From contig JAAYYE010000006.1 of the NCBI GenBank assembly GCA_012515515.1, forward strand, positions 252 to 64,251: a DNA stretch of 64,000 nt, given 5' to 3'. Each line of letters opens with the position of its first letter. The first letter of the stretch is position 1. Of this stretch, positions 9,957 through 20,315 are shown one piece after another. The position numbers were made by a program, and so were the translations under genes. This DNA comes from Minisyncoccota bacterium (GTDB lineage Bacteria > Patescibacteriota > Microgenomatia > UBA1400 > PJMF01). The notes below the pieces were generated by a model. That model saw only the letters and a program-made list of their open reading frames with translations, searched no databases and was not told the origin of the DNA.

Positions 9957-11300
9957 CTAAAGCCCCAGGTCTTGCTTAATCTCAGTAACTAGCTGGTTGC
10001 TGGCAACAATCGCCTGATTCAGTCCTCGATCAAAAGGATAAATGTGTTGCATTGATACCCAATAAAGCTTGGGGCAACTAGTGCGCATTTTTGGCAAATG
10101 TTGACTGTGATTGACCTTAACTAAGGGTTGAGCAAAATCTTCTTTATACAAACGATAATCAATTAGCAATTGCTCAATATTCGGGTTTAATTTGCGCAAG
10201 TATGGTAAATAACTTTGCCAAATTGTTTTGGCTGACTGGCGATAGGCTGGCTCATCACTCGATAAATATCTGCCTAAATAGACTAAGTGTTCCTGGTTAT
10301 AATGCTTGTTATCAATAAAATTATTGTGTTCAACGACCGCTAAAAAAGGCCATCTTTTTTCATTAATATTTAACCAGTAGATTTTGTCTGGGAGAAGGGA
10401 CTCTTTTAAACGGACAACCATGGTCATGGCCGATAAACCCCGCAAGTGATCATCTTTTAGTTCGGGCAATGCCACTATTTTTTTGAATTGGGTGGAGGGG
10501 AGAGTGCTAATAACTAAATCATATTTTTTTTCTTGAGTGGTGCTGTTTTGACTTTTCAGTGACTTAGTTTTTAATTTGAAATAGGCTTGATTATTTTTTG
10601 CTTGCTTTGGCAAGTAAATTTTTTCAACCCGCTCTTGCAAATGAAATTTAACACCCTTTTTAACTAGTTGCTTTTGAATTTCTGAGGCCAATGATTGAAA
10701 GCCACCTTCAACATAAGCTAATTTAACCGTTCTTGGCTTGATTCTGGCCCAAAACCAAGCCATATTAATATCCGCTGCCCAAGCAGAAAATTTAGATTTA
10801 AATAGCGGTTGCCAAATTATTTGCCAGGGCTTCTTGCCCATAGTTTTTTGTAAAAAAACACTGGCGGGATATTTTTCCAAAAATTGACCATTGGGTAAAA
10901 TTTTTAAAAAAGCTAAAACTACGCCAGTGCGCAAACGATCAAATAAACTTAATTCTTGAAAAGCCAAAAGGCTCAAAGCCGAATCTAATTGAAAATTTTT
11001 ACCCTGCCAACGGGTGCTAGTTTTAGTCTTTTTGAAAAAAAGTTTTTCCTCAAGACCTAAGCTTTTTAAAAATTTTTGAAAAGCACGATCCTTGGCAAAA
11101 AGATGGTGATAGTGTTTTTCCAAAGTCCAAGCCCAATTTTTCTCTGTAAAACCCCCAGCCATACCAGCTACTTGTTGGTCTTGCTCAAAGACATTAATCT
11201 GCAATTTGTCTGGACCAGCAATATTGCTTAATTGCCAGGCCACATTCAAAGCGCCGAAACCACCACCAATAATTGCTACTTTTTTCATATAAGCCTTCAC
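9957..11300 (-). CDS. FAD-dependent oxidoreductase (amine oxidase/HemY-like family found near glycosylation genes)
   Basis: GGGFGAL Rossmann motif, LEKHYHH, YPFDRG; start may be ATG 11288. Confidence 0.8.
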   Translation of the reverse strand: MKAYMKKVAIIGGGFGALNVAWQLSNIAGPDKLQINVFEQDQQVAGMAGGFTEKNWAWTLEKHYHHLFAKDRAFQKFLKSLGLEEKLFFKKTKTSTRWQGKNFQLDSALSLLAFQELSLFDRLRTGVVLAFLKILPNGQFLEKYPASVFLQKTMGKKPWQIIWQPLFKSKFSAWAADINMAWFWARIKPRTVKLAYVEGGFQSLASEIQKQLVKKGVKFHLQERVEKIYLPKQAKNNQAYFKLKTKSLKSQNSTTQEKKYDLVISTLPSTQFKKIVALPELKDDHLRGLSAMTMVVRLKESLLPDKIYWLNINEKRWPFLAVVEHNNFIDNKHYNQEHLVYLGRYLSSDEPAYRQSAKTIWQSYLPYLRKLNPNIEQLLIDYRLYKEDFAQPLVKVNHSQHLPKMRTSCPKLYWVSMQHIYPFDRGLNQAIVASNQLVTEIKQDLGL

Positions 11301-11341
11301 CAGCCGAACTATTATTCTGCTAAATTATACCTTATTTATAC

Positions 11342-12709
11342 TTATCGCCAGTTGGCTAAGAAAAAGTAAAGATAGTGAGCAGCTTTTTCTGGAACCGGTA
11401 AGGCAGTCCAATGGGGATAAAAAAGCATAGCCACTAACAGCGGCCAAAATAAGAAATGAAAGATTAGCGCTCGGCGCTGGTCTTTAGATTTGATTGTTAA
11501 ACTAAATAAATACACTGGCCAAGCAACTAATAAAACCAGATAGGGGAGCGCAGGCAAGAAATGATAAAAAAACATTGGTCTAGCAAATAAAATCCAAGGT
11601 AAAAAAGATGCTAAAAAAACTATCAGCAGCCTTAAATAGGTGGGCTGAAAAAGTGTCGCTTGCCATTTTTTTATCAAAGCTTTGCTTTTCAAACTTTTTT
11701 TCCATTGCCATAAAAAAACAGGTAAAGCAAGCAAGTACAAAAAAAGCAGGGGATTGCCTTGCGCATAAATATCCTGACGCCAGTTGCTATGCGATAAATC
11801 AGTAAAATACCAAACCGGTCGCCAATTAAGTATCCAAGCTAGTGGCCCCGATTGATAAGGATGAGGACTGGCCCAATGTAATTGAAAATTTAAAATCTGC
11901 TTCTGTAACTGAAAAAAATCAAGCAAACTTTTACCACTGAAAAAATAGGGAAGATAAGCAAATACATAAATCACCACTGGGGTTAGCAATAAGGAAAAGA
12001 GGACAAATGCCAATTGTTGATAGGATTTTTCCTTAAAAATTCGCCATAATTCCAGAACTAAAAACAGAATAATTAACCAAACGGCAGACCACTTAGTACT
12101 GAGAGCCAAAGCCAACATTAGGCCACTCAAGAAAAAGACAATTAAGTTTTTTTGCCGACGATACAAAAAATAAAAATAACTGGCACTCAGCGTAAAAAAT
12201 AAATAAAAAATATCGTTCATGGCTAGGCGACTCTGCACTAAAAATAAACCATCACTGGCAAACAGAGCACTGGCGATTAAGGCAAAATTGATGGCTAAAT
12301 CTTCTTTTTGCAGCTTGCTTTTAATTAATTTATTAATTTTGTTATTGTCTAAAAGTGCAAGAGCCAATTCCTTAGCTAAAAAATAAAAAACTAGCAAAGC
12401 CATTAGCCCAAAAAGCACCGAGGGCAAGCGCCAGCTGACTGGGGCTGGCCAGAAGTTAAAAAAGCGCAAAGTAAAGGCTTGCAGGTACTTGGCCAAAGGC
12501 GGATGCAACCAATCAAAATAAATTGGCCAATCGGCCCGATGCCACCACTCAAAAGGCGTCGTAAAATCCCCAGCTGCTAACATTTGCAACGCTGGCACAT
12601 GATAGACTTCATCAAAATACATCTGTTCGGGGATATTTAAACGCCATAGGCGCAAAAAAAGAGAAATTAATAAAATTAAACCCAATAAAATGATTTCTTT
12701 AATTTTCAC
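11342..12709 (-). CDS. Protein O-mannosyltransferase (PMT/GT39-like)
   Basis: FDEVYH, HPPLAK, SRLAMND, KWS, HPYQS..W, FFYHFLP. Confidence 0.85.
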   Translation of the reverse strand: MKIKEIILLGLILLISLFLRLWRLNIPEQMYFDEVYHVPALQMLAAGDFTTPFEWWHRADWPIYFDWLHPPLAKYLQAFTLRFFNFWPAPVSWRLPSVLFGLMALLVFYFLAKELALALLDNNKINKLIKSKLQKEDLAINFALIASALFASDGLFLVQSRLAMNDIFYLFFTLSASYFYFLYRRQKNLIVFFLSGLMLALALSTKWSAVWLIILFLVLELWRIFKEKSYQQLAFVLFSLLLTPVVIYVFAYLPYFFSGKSLLDFFQLQKQILNFQLHWASPHPYQSGPLAWILNWRPVWYFTDLSHSNWRQDIYAQGNPLLFLYLLALPVFLWQWKKSLKSKALIKKWQATLFQPTYLRLLIVFLASFLPWILFARPMFFYHFLPALPYLVLLVAWPVYLFSLTIKSKDQRRALIFHFLFWPLLVAMLFYPHWTALPVPEKAAHYLYFFLANWR

Positions 12710-12776
12710 TATCTATCAGAATATATATAAATAGTACAAATTTTCAAGTTGTAAGTTAAAAAATTACCCAGTCAAT

Positions 12777-13460
12777 TTATCCCAAAGCCTGCATGAGCAG
12801 GATAAAATCATTTAATTCTAATGCGGCACTCGACACCAACACCCCATCACTAATCGCTAAAAAGTCTTTAATGTTGCTGGGATTGACACTGCCACCATAA
12901 ATTAATGGATTAAAGGGAAAAAATTGACGAAGTTTTTGAAAAAAAGCCTTGACTGTCTCAGGCTCAACTGCTTGACCGCTGCCAATGGCTGAAACGGGTT
13001 CATAAGCCACACTCACTCGGGTTCTTTCTTGTTCTGTTAAGAGTTTAGCCTGTTCAGGAAAATCAGGCTCATCTAAACACAACATGACTCCGATATCTGC
13101 TGCTAAAGCTCTGTGCACTTTGCTAGCAACTAGTTGCGAACTTTCATTAAATAGCTTGCGTCTTTCACTATGGCCAATAATTGCCATTTCTACACCTAAA
13201 AATTCTAAATTTTTGGCCACTACCTCGCCCGTATAAGCTCCTGCTCCTTGTGCGCTAATATCTTGCACTGCCAAACTAATCGCCAATTGCTGATGATCAA
13301 TTAAGCGACGCATCTGAGCGATAAAAGGAAAGGGTGGAGCGATTAATAATCTCAAATCTGGCTTATTAGCCAGTAAGTCTTTCGGAAAATTATTTAACCA
13401 ATGCTCAACCTCAATAATATTTTTATTGGCTTTCCAATTTAGTAAAATTGTTTTTTGCAC
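12777..13460 (-). CDS. tpiA: Triosephosphate isomerase
   Basis: NWK, GAYTGE, GHSERR, AYEP, YGGSV. Confidence 0.95.
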   Translation of the reverse strand: MQKTILLNWKANKNIIEVEHWLNNFPKDLLANKPDLRLLIAPPFPFIAQMRRLIDHQQLAISLAVQDISAQGAGAYTGEVVAKNLEFLGVEMAIIGHSERRKLFNESSQLVASKVHRALAADIGVMLCLDEPDFPEQAKLLTEQERTRVSVAYEPVSAIGSGQAVEPETVKAFFQKLRQFFPFNPLIYGGSVNPSNIKDFLAISDGVLVSSAALELNDFILLMQALG

Positions 13461-13489
13461 AATTTTATTTTAGCCAAAAGCAGATCACA

Positions 13490-13570
13490 AAGCAATTTTT
13501 AGCATTTAGAACAATTTTTGCCATTTAAGGCAATTTGCCATTTTGCCATTTATTAAAAACTAGCAATTTT
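13490..13570. repeat. Degenerate short tandem repeats in the divergent tpiA/pcrA promoter region
   Basis: Reiterated gcaattttt(a/g)gc(c)attt units. Confidence 0.6.
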
Positions 13571-13587
13571 ATGCTACGATGATCATT

Positions 13588-15579
13588 ATGTTTGAGAGTC
13601 AGGAAATCTTGGACCAGCTTAATAGTGAACAGCGCCAAGCAGTCTTACACAACACTGGACCTGCGCTTGTTTTGGCCGGGGCTGGGAGTGGCAAAACTCG
13701 AGTCTTAACCAGTCGGGCTGTTTATCTGATTAAAGAAGGATTAGCTAAAGCCAATGAGGTACTGCTACTAACTTTCACCAACAAGGCTGCCAATGAAATG
13801 AAAAGGCGGGTTTTAGAATACAGTGGCCAAGAACTAAGCTATTCTGGAACATTTCATAGTTTAGGAGCAAAAATATTACGCTTAGAAAGCAAGCGAGCTC
13901 TCCAAAATAATCAGGCATTACAAATTAATCAAAGAGTTTTGAGCCATCAATTCACCATTTATGATGATCAAGATCAACTTCATCTATTAAAAAATATTTT
14001 AAAAGAAAAAAATATTGATCAAGAAAAATATAAGATTGCATTGGTTCAAGCACTAATTAGTAAAATTAAAAATCAATTGCTGAGTCCAAGTGAGTATCTT
14101 GATGGCGTCAACAATGATTTCGGTGAGACGATTGCCAAACTTTATCAAAGCTATGAGCGGCGTCTGCAACAAGAAAATGCCCTAGATTTTGATGATTTAT
14201 TAATTCTGGCTTATCGATTATTAATGGAAAATGAGGCAGTGCGTCACCACTATCAAACTCAGTTTAAATACATCTTAATTGATGAATTTCAAGACAGCAA
14301 TAAAGTTCAATACTTGTTGAGTAAAATTTTAGCTCAGCCACAAAATGAGTTGTTTGCGGTCGGTGATTTTTCACAAAGTATTTATGCTTGGCGCGGAGCT
14401 GATTATCGTAATCTTCAACAATTAAAAAGTGATTTTTCTCAATTGAAAGAATATCATTTGGAGCAAAATTATCGTTCCACCCAGAACATTCTAGATGCAG
14501 CAACGCAACTTATTCAACAAAACCAACTGCACCCAATTTTAAAATTATGGACTGACAACAGCAAGCAAGCACATAAAATCCAAGTTCACGAACTAAGCAA
14601 TGGTGAATTAGAAGCTGAAACAATTGTCAAACTGATTAGGCAAGAATTTGTTGATTCGCTAGATCAAATTGCGGTTTTATATCGCACCAATGCCCAGTCT
14701 CGGGCACTGGAGGAAGCTTTAATTCGTCAGCAACTGCCTTACCAAATTATTGGTGGGACAAAATTTTATCAACGCAAAGAAATTAAAGATTTATTGGCCT
14801 ATTTGCGCCTGTCTTTTAATAAAGATGATAGCCCAAGCTTGAATCGCGTCATTAAGCTCGGCAAAAGACGCTTTATGCGTTTTCAAGAGTGGTTGCTTAA
14901 AGCTGAACAAAATATTTTAAATAATCCCGGTTTAGCTTTGCAAGAAATCATTAAAATAAGCGAATACAACAATAAATTTGATAAAAATAATCCTGATGAC
15001 CTAAATCGCTTAGATAATATTGATGAATTACTCAATGTGGCCAGTTTATTTGAGGACAGTCAAATCTTTCTAGAAAACGTCGCTTTAGTTCAAGATGGTT
15101 ATTTGCCTGATAAACAAAATCAACAGCACTACCAAGGCGTGAAACTGATGAGTTTACATTCGGCTAAAGGCTTAGAATTTGACACTGTTTTTATGGTAGG
15201 CATGGAGGAGGGTTTGTTACCGCACAATCGATCTATGCTTAATGAAGAAGAACTAGAGGAGGAACGTCGATTGTGTTACGTCGGCATCACCCGGGCCAAA
15301 AAACAACTAATTTTTAGCTATGCTCGCAATCGTTATCAATTTGGTGGAACCCAGCAAAATTTACCCAGTCGTTTTCTTGGAGAAATTCATACCAGCTTAT
15401 TAAGCATTCATCACCATTTTGATGAGGATACACAAGCTGGAAATTATTATGCTTATAAAAAGCGGCGGCAAAAACTTAAAACAACAAACAATACTAAAAG
15501 ACGCTTAATTATTGATGAAGAACAGTTAGACGCCCTGTTAAATGATGAAATAGACATCAAAGATTTTATCAATGATTGA
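13588..15579 (+). CDS. pcrA: UvrD/PcrA helicase (shortened 2B region)
   Basis: AGAGSGKT, DEFQD, GDFSQSIY, HSAKGLEF, EEERRLCYVG; ATG 13588 lies 7 nt after TGcTACGAT. Confidence 0.95.
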   Translation: MFESQEILDQLNSEQRQAVLHNTGPALVLAGAGSGKTRVLTSRAVYLIKEGLAKANEVLLLTFTNKAANEMKRRVLEYSGQELSYSGTFHSLGAKILRLESKRALQNNQALQINQRVLSHQFTIYDDQDQLHLLKNILKEKNIDQEKYKIALVQALISKIKNQLLSPSEYLDGVNNDFGETIAKLYQSYERRLQQENALDFDDLLILAYRLLMENEAVRHHYQTQFKYILIDEFQDSNKVQYLLSKILAQPQNELFAVGDFSQSIYAWRGADYRNLQQLKSDFSQLKEYHLEQNYRSTQNILDAATQLIQQNQLHPILKLWTDNSKQAHKIQVHELSNGELEAETIVKLIRQEFVDSLDQIAVLYRTNAQSRALEEALIRQQLPYQIIGGTKFYQRKEIKDLLAYLRLSFNKDDSPSLNRVIKLGKRRFMRFQEWLLKAEQNILNNPGLALQEIIKISEYNNKFDKNNPDDLNRLDNIDELLNVASLFEDSQIFLENVALVQDGYLPDKQNQQHYQGVKLMSLHSAKGLEFDTVFMVGMEEGLLPHNRSMLNEEELEEERRLCYVGITRAKKQLIFSYARNRYQFGGTQQNLPSRFLGEIHTSLLSIHHHFDEDTQAGNYYAYKKRRQKLKTTNNTKRRLIIDEEQLDALLNDEIDIKDFIND

Positions 15580-15617
15580 AGCCCTACTGACAAGAGAGCT
15601 TTTTTCTCCTATAATCA

Positions 15618-16664
15618 ATGACTACAAATATGTTAATCAGAAATATTAGACCAGAAGAAAAAGACATTTATAACCGTGCGGTTATTCACCCAATTCAATC
15701 ATATGAGTGGGGAGAGTTTCGTAAAAAAACCGGTTTAGAGGTGGAACGCATTGGCTTTTTTGCTGGAGGAAAACTGCAAAAAGCCATGACGGTCACCTTC
15801 CACAAACTGCCCTTTGTTAATTACACCATTGGTTATTTCCCTAAAGGTTTAACGCCAGACGAAGAGCAAATGAGTACTTTACAACAATTAGCCGAAAAGC
15901 ATCGGGCTATTTGTATTAAATTGGAACCAGCCGTTATTAAAGAATTAGATCAGCAACATGACAATCATCCTAGCGTTAAATTTCTCAAAAAATATCAAAT
16001 AGAGGAGGGGCGTTCTTTATTTACTCCTTTCACTTTTCATTTAAATCTTAAACTTTCTGAAGAAGAGTTAATGAACAAGATGACTAGTAAAGCTCGTTAC
16101 AACACGCGCTTGGCCATGAAAAAAGGCGTGAAAGTCGTTGAAGACAGCAGCGAGCGGGGCTTGGAAGATTACATTAAAATTCTAGAAGAGACCACTAAAA
16201 GACAAGCTTTTTATGCCCATTCTCCAGAATATTTTCGCAAAATGTGGCAAGTTTTTAAAGATAGCGGCATCATGCATATTTTAAAAGCCAGCTATGAAAA
16301 TCAAGTGTTAGTGGTGTGGATTGTCTTTGTCTTTAACAATGTCCTTTATTATCCTTATGGTGCTTCAAGCAGTAGCCATCGCGAAGTGATGGCCAGTAAT
16401 TTAATGATGTGGGAAACAATTCGCTTTGGCAAAAAACATAATTGCCAACTTTTTGATATGTGGGGAGCGCTTGGACTGAATCCAAATCCCAAAGACCCCT
16501 GGTTTGGTTTTCATCGTTTTAAGCGTAGCTATGGTGGCCAGTTAGTTGAAAGCATTGGCACCTATGATTTGGTATATCAATACCCAATGTATAAATTGTA
16601 CACTGTGGGGGACGCTTTGCGCTGGAAGTTCTTGCGCTTAAAGAAAAAATTTACTAAACTATAA
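15618..16664 (+). CDS. FemABX-family peptidoglycan interpeptide bridge transferase
   Basis: HPIQSYEWG, KARYN, YYPYGASS, FDMWG, GFHRFK..YGG. Confidence 0.9.
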   Translation: MTTNMLIRNIRPEEKDIYNRAVIHPIQSYEWGEFRKKTGLEVERIGFFAGGKLQKAMTVTFHKLPFVNYTIGYFPKGLTPDEEQMSTLQQLAEKHRAICIKLEPAVIKELDQQHDNHPSVKFLKKYQIEEGRSLFTPFTFHLNLKLSEEELMNKMTSKARYNTRLAMKKGVKVVEDSSERGLEDYIKILEETTKRQAFYAHSPEYFRKMWQVFKDSGIMHILKASYENQVLVVWIVFVFNNVLYYPYGASSSSHREVMASNLMMWETIRFGKKHNCQLFDMWGALGLNPNPKDPWFGFHRFKRSYGGQLVESIGTYDLVYQYPMYKLYTVGDALRWKFLRLKKKFTKL

Positions 16665-16684
16665 CCAAAATAAGGAGCCTGCCT

Positions 16685-17734
16685 ATGAAAAATTTTGCCA
16701 TTAATGGCCTTGGTCGAATTGGTCGCCTTGCTTTTAGAGTGTGGTTTGCCAAACATCGTCAAGTTTTAGACCTAAAAGTCATTAATACTTCAGGATCAAT
16801 GGATGTGGAAGGCTGGGCTAAATTATTAAAATATGACAGCATTTATGGCACCTTTAATGAGGCAATTAGCTTTGAAGAGTTAAAAAAAGTTAAAGACTTG
16901 GCAGATGGCGAAATTGAGCTTGGTTATTTAATTATTGGCGAACATAGAATTGTAGTGACTGCCGAGCGCGACCCAGCTAAAATCCCCTGGGAAAAATATG
17001 AAGTCTACAGTGTCTTAGAATCAACCGGCGCTTTTGAAAAAGCTAAAAAAGCGGCTCTACATTTGCAAGCAGGCGCTAAAAAGGTTTTACTCTCTGCACC
17101 AGGGAAAGAAGATCCAGATAATTTAATCAACACCGCTGTCATTGGCGTCAATGAAATTGATCAAAGTAAAGATATTTTTTCCAATGCTTCTTGTACCACT
17201 AATTGTGTCGCACCAGTTGTGCAAATTATTCAAGATAATTTCGGCATCGAAAAAGCCATTTTAACCACTATTCACTCTTTTACCAGTGATCAAAATTTAC
17301 ATGACAATTCTCACCATAAAGATTTGCGACGCGCTCGATCAGCAACCCTCAATTTAGTGCCAACTTCGACTGGAGCAGCCAAAGCCACAGCTGACATTAT
17401 CCCCAGCCTTAAGAGTAAATTCGACGGCCTAGCTATTCGTGTACCTACTCCAACGGTGTCTATTTCTGACATTACTTTTTTGTTAAGTAAAGACAGTAAG
17501 CTAGAAGACATCAAACAAACTTTTATCGAAGCCGCTCGGGGCAAATATCAGGGAATTGTCGCAGTGAGCGAGGAGCCCCTGGTATCTAGTGATTTTATCG
17601 CTTGTGAGTATAGTGCGGTGGTAGATTTACCACTTCTACAATTAATTGATGGCAATTTATTAAAGGTAATCGCCTGGTACGATAATGAGTGGGGCTACAC
17701 CTGTCGCTTAATGGAACAATTAAGCAAAATTTAA
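16685..17734 (+). CDS. gap: Glyceraldehyde-3-phosphate dehydrogenase
   Basis: INGLGRIGR, SNASCTTNC, WYDNEWGY. Confidence 0.97.
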   Translation: MKNFAINGLGRIGRLAFRVWFAKHRQVLDLKVINTSGSMDVEGWAKLLKYDSIYGTFNEAISFEELKKVKDLADGEIELGYLIIGEHRIVVTAERDPAKIPWEKYEVYSVLESTGAFEKAKKAALHLQAGAKKVLLSAPGKEDPDNLINTAVIGVNEIDQSKDIFSNASCTTNCVAPVVQIIQDNFGIEKAILTTIHSFTSDQNLHDNSHHKDLRRARSATLNLVPTSTGAAKATADIIPSLKSKFDGLAIRVPTPTVSISDITFLLSKDSKLEDIKQTFIEAARGKYQGIVAVSEEPLVSSDFIACEYSAVVDLPLLQLIDGNLLKVIAWYDNEWGYTCRLMEQLSKI

Positions 17735-17808
17735 TAAGTAGCACGCATTTGACTAGGTTTTTCAAGCCCTCTAACCAGCTGCTAAATCATGAGGTATAAT
17801 GCTTGCTT

Positions 17809-18810
17809 ATGACAAAAACGAAAAAAGCACAACAGGCTAGTGTCAACTCCAAAGAAACTAAAAAACCCTCTTTAATTAGTCCTAATGATCAATTGCGGAT
17901 TAATATTGCTTGGTCTGAAATTGAACAGCCCTATCAAAAAACCATTCGTGATCTGGCAAAAAAGCTGAAAGTTGAAGGCTTTCGCCAGGGGAAAGTGCCT
18001 TTAGCTATCGCAGAAAAGCAAATTTCTTTAGAAAAAGCAGCAGAAATTATTCTCAAAGATATTTTACCCGATAAATACATTAAAGCTTTAAAAGAAAGCA
18101 AAAAACAAGCCATTACTGCCCCAGAATACCATTTGGTGTCGCTCAAAAAAGGTGAAGATTGGGTAATAGATGCTTACTTTTGTGAAGCTCCACAAATCAA
18201 GCTCAAAGATTATAAAAATCACATTAAAACTGCTAAAAAAGCCGCTGCTGAATTTATCAAAAAACACAATGAGACCAAACCAGAAGTAAAAACCGAAAAA
18301 ATAGAAAAAAAAGATGGAAAAAAAGAGGAAAAAACTCAAAGTGAAGCTTCAAAAACAGCCGGTCAAGCTCCAGCAAAACTCTCTCCAGATCAAGAAAAGG
18401 AAATTTACTACCAACATATTCTGCGAGAATTAGTGCTTAATATTCGTCCAAGCATTGGTGAGCTGTTACTGCGTCGGGAAACTCAAGCAGAATTTGCAAG
18501 ATTTAAAGAACAGCTAGCTGCCTATCAATTAAGTCTTGAAAAATATTTAGCACAGCGACAAATCACTATAGAAGAACTAAGCAATGAGTTGGCTGGTACA
18601 GTCTTAAATCGTTTACAAATCGATTTTGTCTTAGCGGCAATTGCCAGGGAGCGTCAATTAAAAGTTAGCGATCAAGATCTGCAGAAAGCCTTGGCTGATA
18701 TTCAAGACGAAAAACTTCGCGAACAAATTTCAGCCCATGAACATTATCTGGATAGTTTTAAGGCTCAATTATTGCGTCAACAAACTATTAATAGCTTATT
18801 AGAAGATTAA
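17809..18810 (+). CDS. tig: Trigger factor lacking the PPIase domain
   Basis: GFRQGKVP ribosome-binding motif plus C-terminal domain; a Lys/Glu-rich linker replaces the FKBP domain. Confidence 0.85.
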   Translation: MTKTKKAQQASVNSKETKKPSLISPNDQLRINIAWSEIEQPYQKTIRDLAKKLKVEGFRQGKVPLAIAEKQISLEKAAEIILKDILPDKYIKALKESKKQAITAPEYHLVSLKKGEDWVIDAYFCEAPQIKLKDYKNHIKTAKKAAAEFIKKHNETKPEVKTEKIEKKDGKKEEKTQSEASKTAGQAPAKLSPDQEKEIYYQHILRELVLNIRPSIGELLLRRETQAEFARFKEQLAAYQLSLEKYLAQRQITIEELSNELAGTVLNRLQIDFVLAAIARERQLKVSDQDLQKALADIQDEKLREQISAHEHYLDSFKAQLLRQQTINSLLED

Positions 18811-18843
18811 GCACTTAGTTTTTACTGATTCCAGAGGAAAAAC

Positions 18844-18872
18844 TTGACTTTGTACTATTTTGATCCTATAAT
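18844..18872 (+). promoter_or_regulatory. Near-consensus sigma70 promoter
   Basis: TTGACT-17bp-TATAAT upstream of CDS 18936. Confidence 0.7.
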
Positions 18873-18935
18873 ATATAGTTGATCTAATAAGTACTTTTAG
18901 TATTTATTGTTCTTTTCGCTAAACACGCTACAATC

Positions 18936-19586
18936 ATGAATAACTTGAATCAAAATAATAAATCATCAGCGAGGAATACTACTGGGCAAAATCAAAATTT
19001 GGCCAGAGCTCTTCTAGAGAGAGAAAAAAACGCTAATTCTTATATTCACTCAAGCGATGGTGGACATGATCAGCTAGATGCTTTTGCACGCGCCTTGAGT
19101 CAAAGTGGAGGAGACGCATTTTCTTCACTAGATAATAATGAGCGAAGAATTCAGGCTAGTGAGCTTGCTCAACAACAAAAAGAAGCTTTACGCCAAAAAT
19201 TACATGATCGCATCAATCCAGTTGAAACTCATGAAATTTTTACTGCTCAAGCTGAGCGAAATCTTAAAGAACTACAAGCAACTCGAGAAGAATTAAAAAT
19301 GTTGGCTGCAGATATTAAAAACTTGGACAAAGAAATCGATCTTGCTCTCAGTCGAGAAGTGGTTGATCCTGGTACTACCGGCATCGGCTTCTTTAATTTT
19401 TTTCACAAACTCCGCGAGTGGATTATGTTGTTACGCCAACAAGTTAATAGCGCTCGAACTTGGATGAATCAAGTAGCTGGCAAGGGTAAAAAGGGACGAG
19501 GAACAGCTTTCAGCTTTAAAAACAGTAAAAGTGTTCATGATGCCATGAATAGTGAGAGAAATTTTGGCATGAACATGGGTGGCTAA
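18936..19586 (+). CDS. Conserved hypothetical protein (DUF5660-like, coiled coil)
   Basis: 216 aa ORF with own promoter; PG...FF.KL...R......W pattern recalled from DUF5660. Confidence 0.6.
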   Translation: MNNLNQNNKSSARNTTGQNQNLARALLEREKNANSYIHSSDGGHDQLDAFARALSQSGGDAFSSLDNNERRIQASELAQQQKEALRQKLHDRINPVETHEIFTAQAERNLKELQATREELKMLAADIKNLDKEIDLALSREVVDPGTTGIGFFNFFHKLREWIMLLRQQVNSARTWMNQVAGKGKKGRGTAFSFKNSKSVHDAMNSERNFGMNMGG

Positions 19587-19651
19587 ATATTCCCTTAGCT
19601 TAATTTTGACACGAACGCGGGTGGCTAAATATCCCATTGGCTTAATTTCAC
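19569..19651. repeat. 42-bp tandem duplication spanning the stop codons of two convergent genes
   Basis: atgaacatgggtggctaaatattccc... / acgaacgcgggtggctaaatatccc... Confidence 0.85.
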
Positions 19652-20200
19652 AGCAAAATCATAAGCTAAGCTTACTTGATCTTGCTCAAGTGATAATTTT
19701 TCTTTTTCAATCTCCTCTGACAATCGCTTGATTTCAGCACTTAATTGATCAATATTTGAATTTGTTAATTCCTGAAGCTCATTTTGATCTTTAATGTATT
19801 GTTGTACAAAACGAAGAATGGGTAAAATTTCCTCAGCCTTACTATTAATGATTTTTTCACTTAATAAGTGTAGTGCCGAAGCTGAAACTTGGCTTGTTTC
19901 TTCTTCACTTAACCAATATTGAGTCCTAAGATTTATTTCGTTCTTACTAGCCTTGTTTCTTAAATTAATGACATTTTCTCTTGTTTGTGAATCAAGGGCT
20001 GTAATTAATTCATCTAAAAAAGGCACTGGACAAAAACTCAGCACTTCTACGGCCAATGCTAGCCGTTGATCTGCTGCACTATCCGCATTATCTAATTGAA
20101 GCAATTGCTCGACTCGATCAAGAACACGACCTGGATCACCAAAAAAATAATAATTAGCTGGTACATCCAGCTGTTTTTGTTTGATCTTTTCATCACTCAT
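19625..20200 (-). CDS. Hypothetical protein (helical/coiled coil)
   Basis: 191 aa ORF preceded by AAGGGG, immediately downstream of tRNA-Val. Confidence 0.7.
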   Translation of the reverse strand: MSDEKIKQKQLDVPANYYFFGDPGRVLDRVEQLLQLDNADSAADQRLALAVEVLSFCPVPFLDELITALDSQTRENVINLRNKASKNEINLRTQYWLSEEETSQVSASALHLLSEKIINSKAEEILPILRFVQQYIKDQNELQELTNSNIDQLSAEIKRLSEEIEKEKLSLEQDQVSLAYDFAVKLSQWDI

Positions 20201-20241
20201 AAGCCCCTTACTAGGGCAGACTAGTTGTCAATACTAAAAAG

Positions 20242-20315
20242 TGAGCTTGAGAGGACTCGAACCTCTGACCTCTTCGATGTCAACGAAGCGCTCTAACCAA
20301 CTGAGCTACAAGCTC
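20242..20315 (-). tRNA. tRNA-Val(GAC)
   Basis: Reverse complement GAGCTTGTAGCTCAGTTGG...cttcg-TT-GAC-AT-cgaag...GGTTCGAGTCC...CAAGCTCA. Confidence 0.97.
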
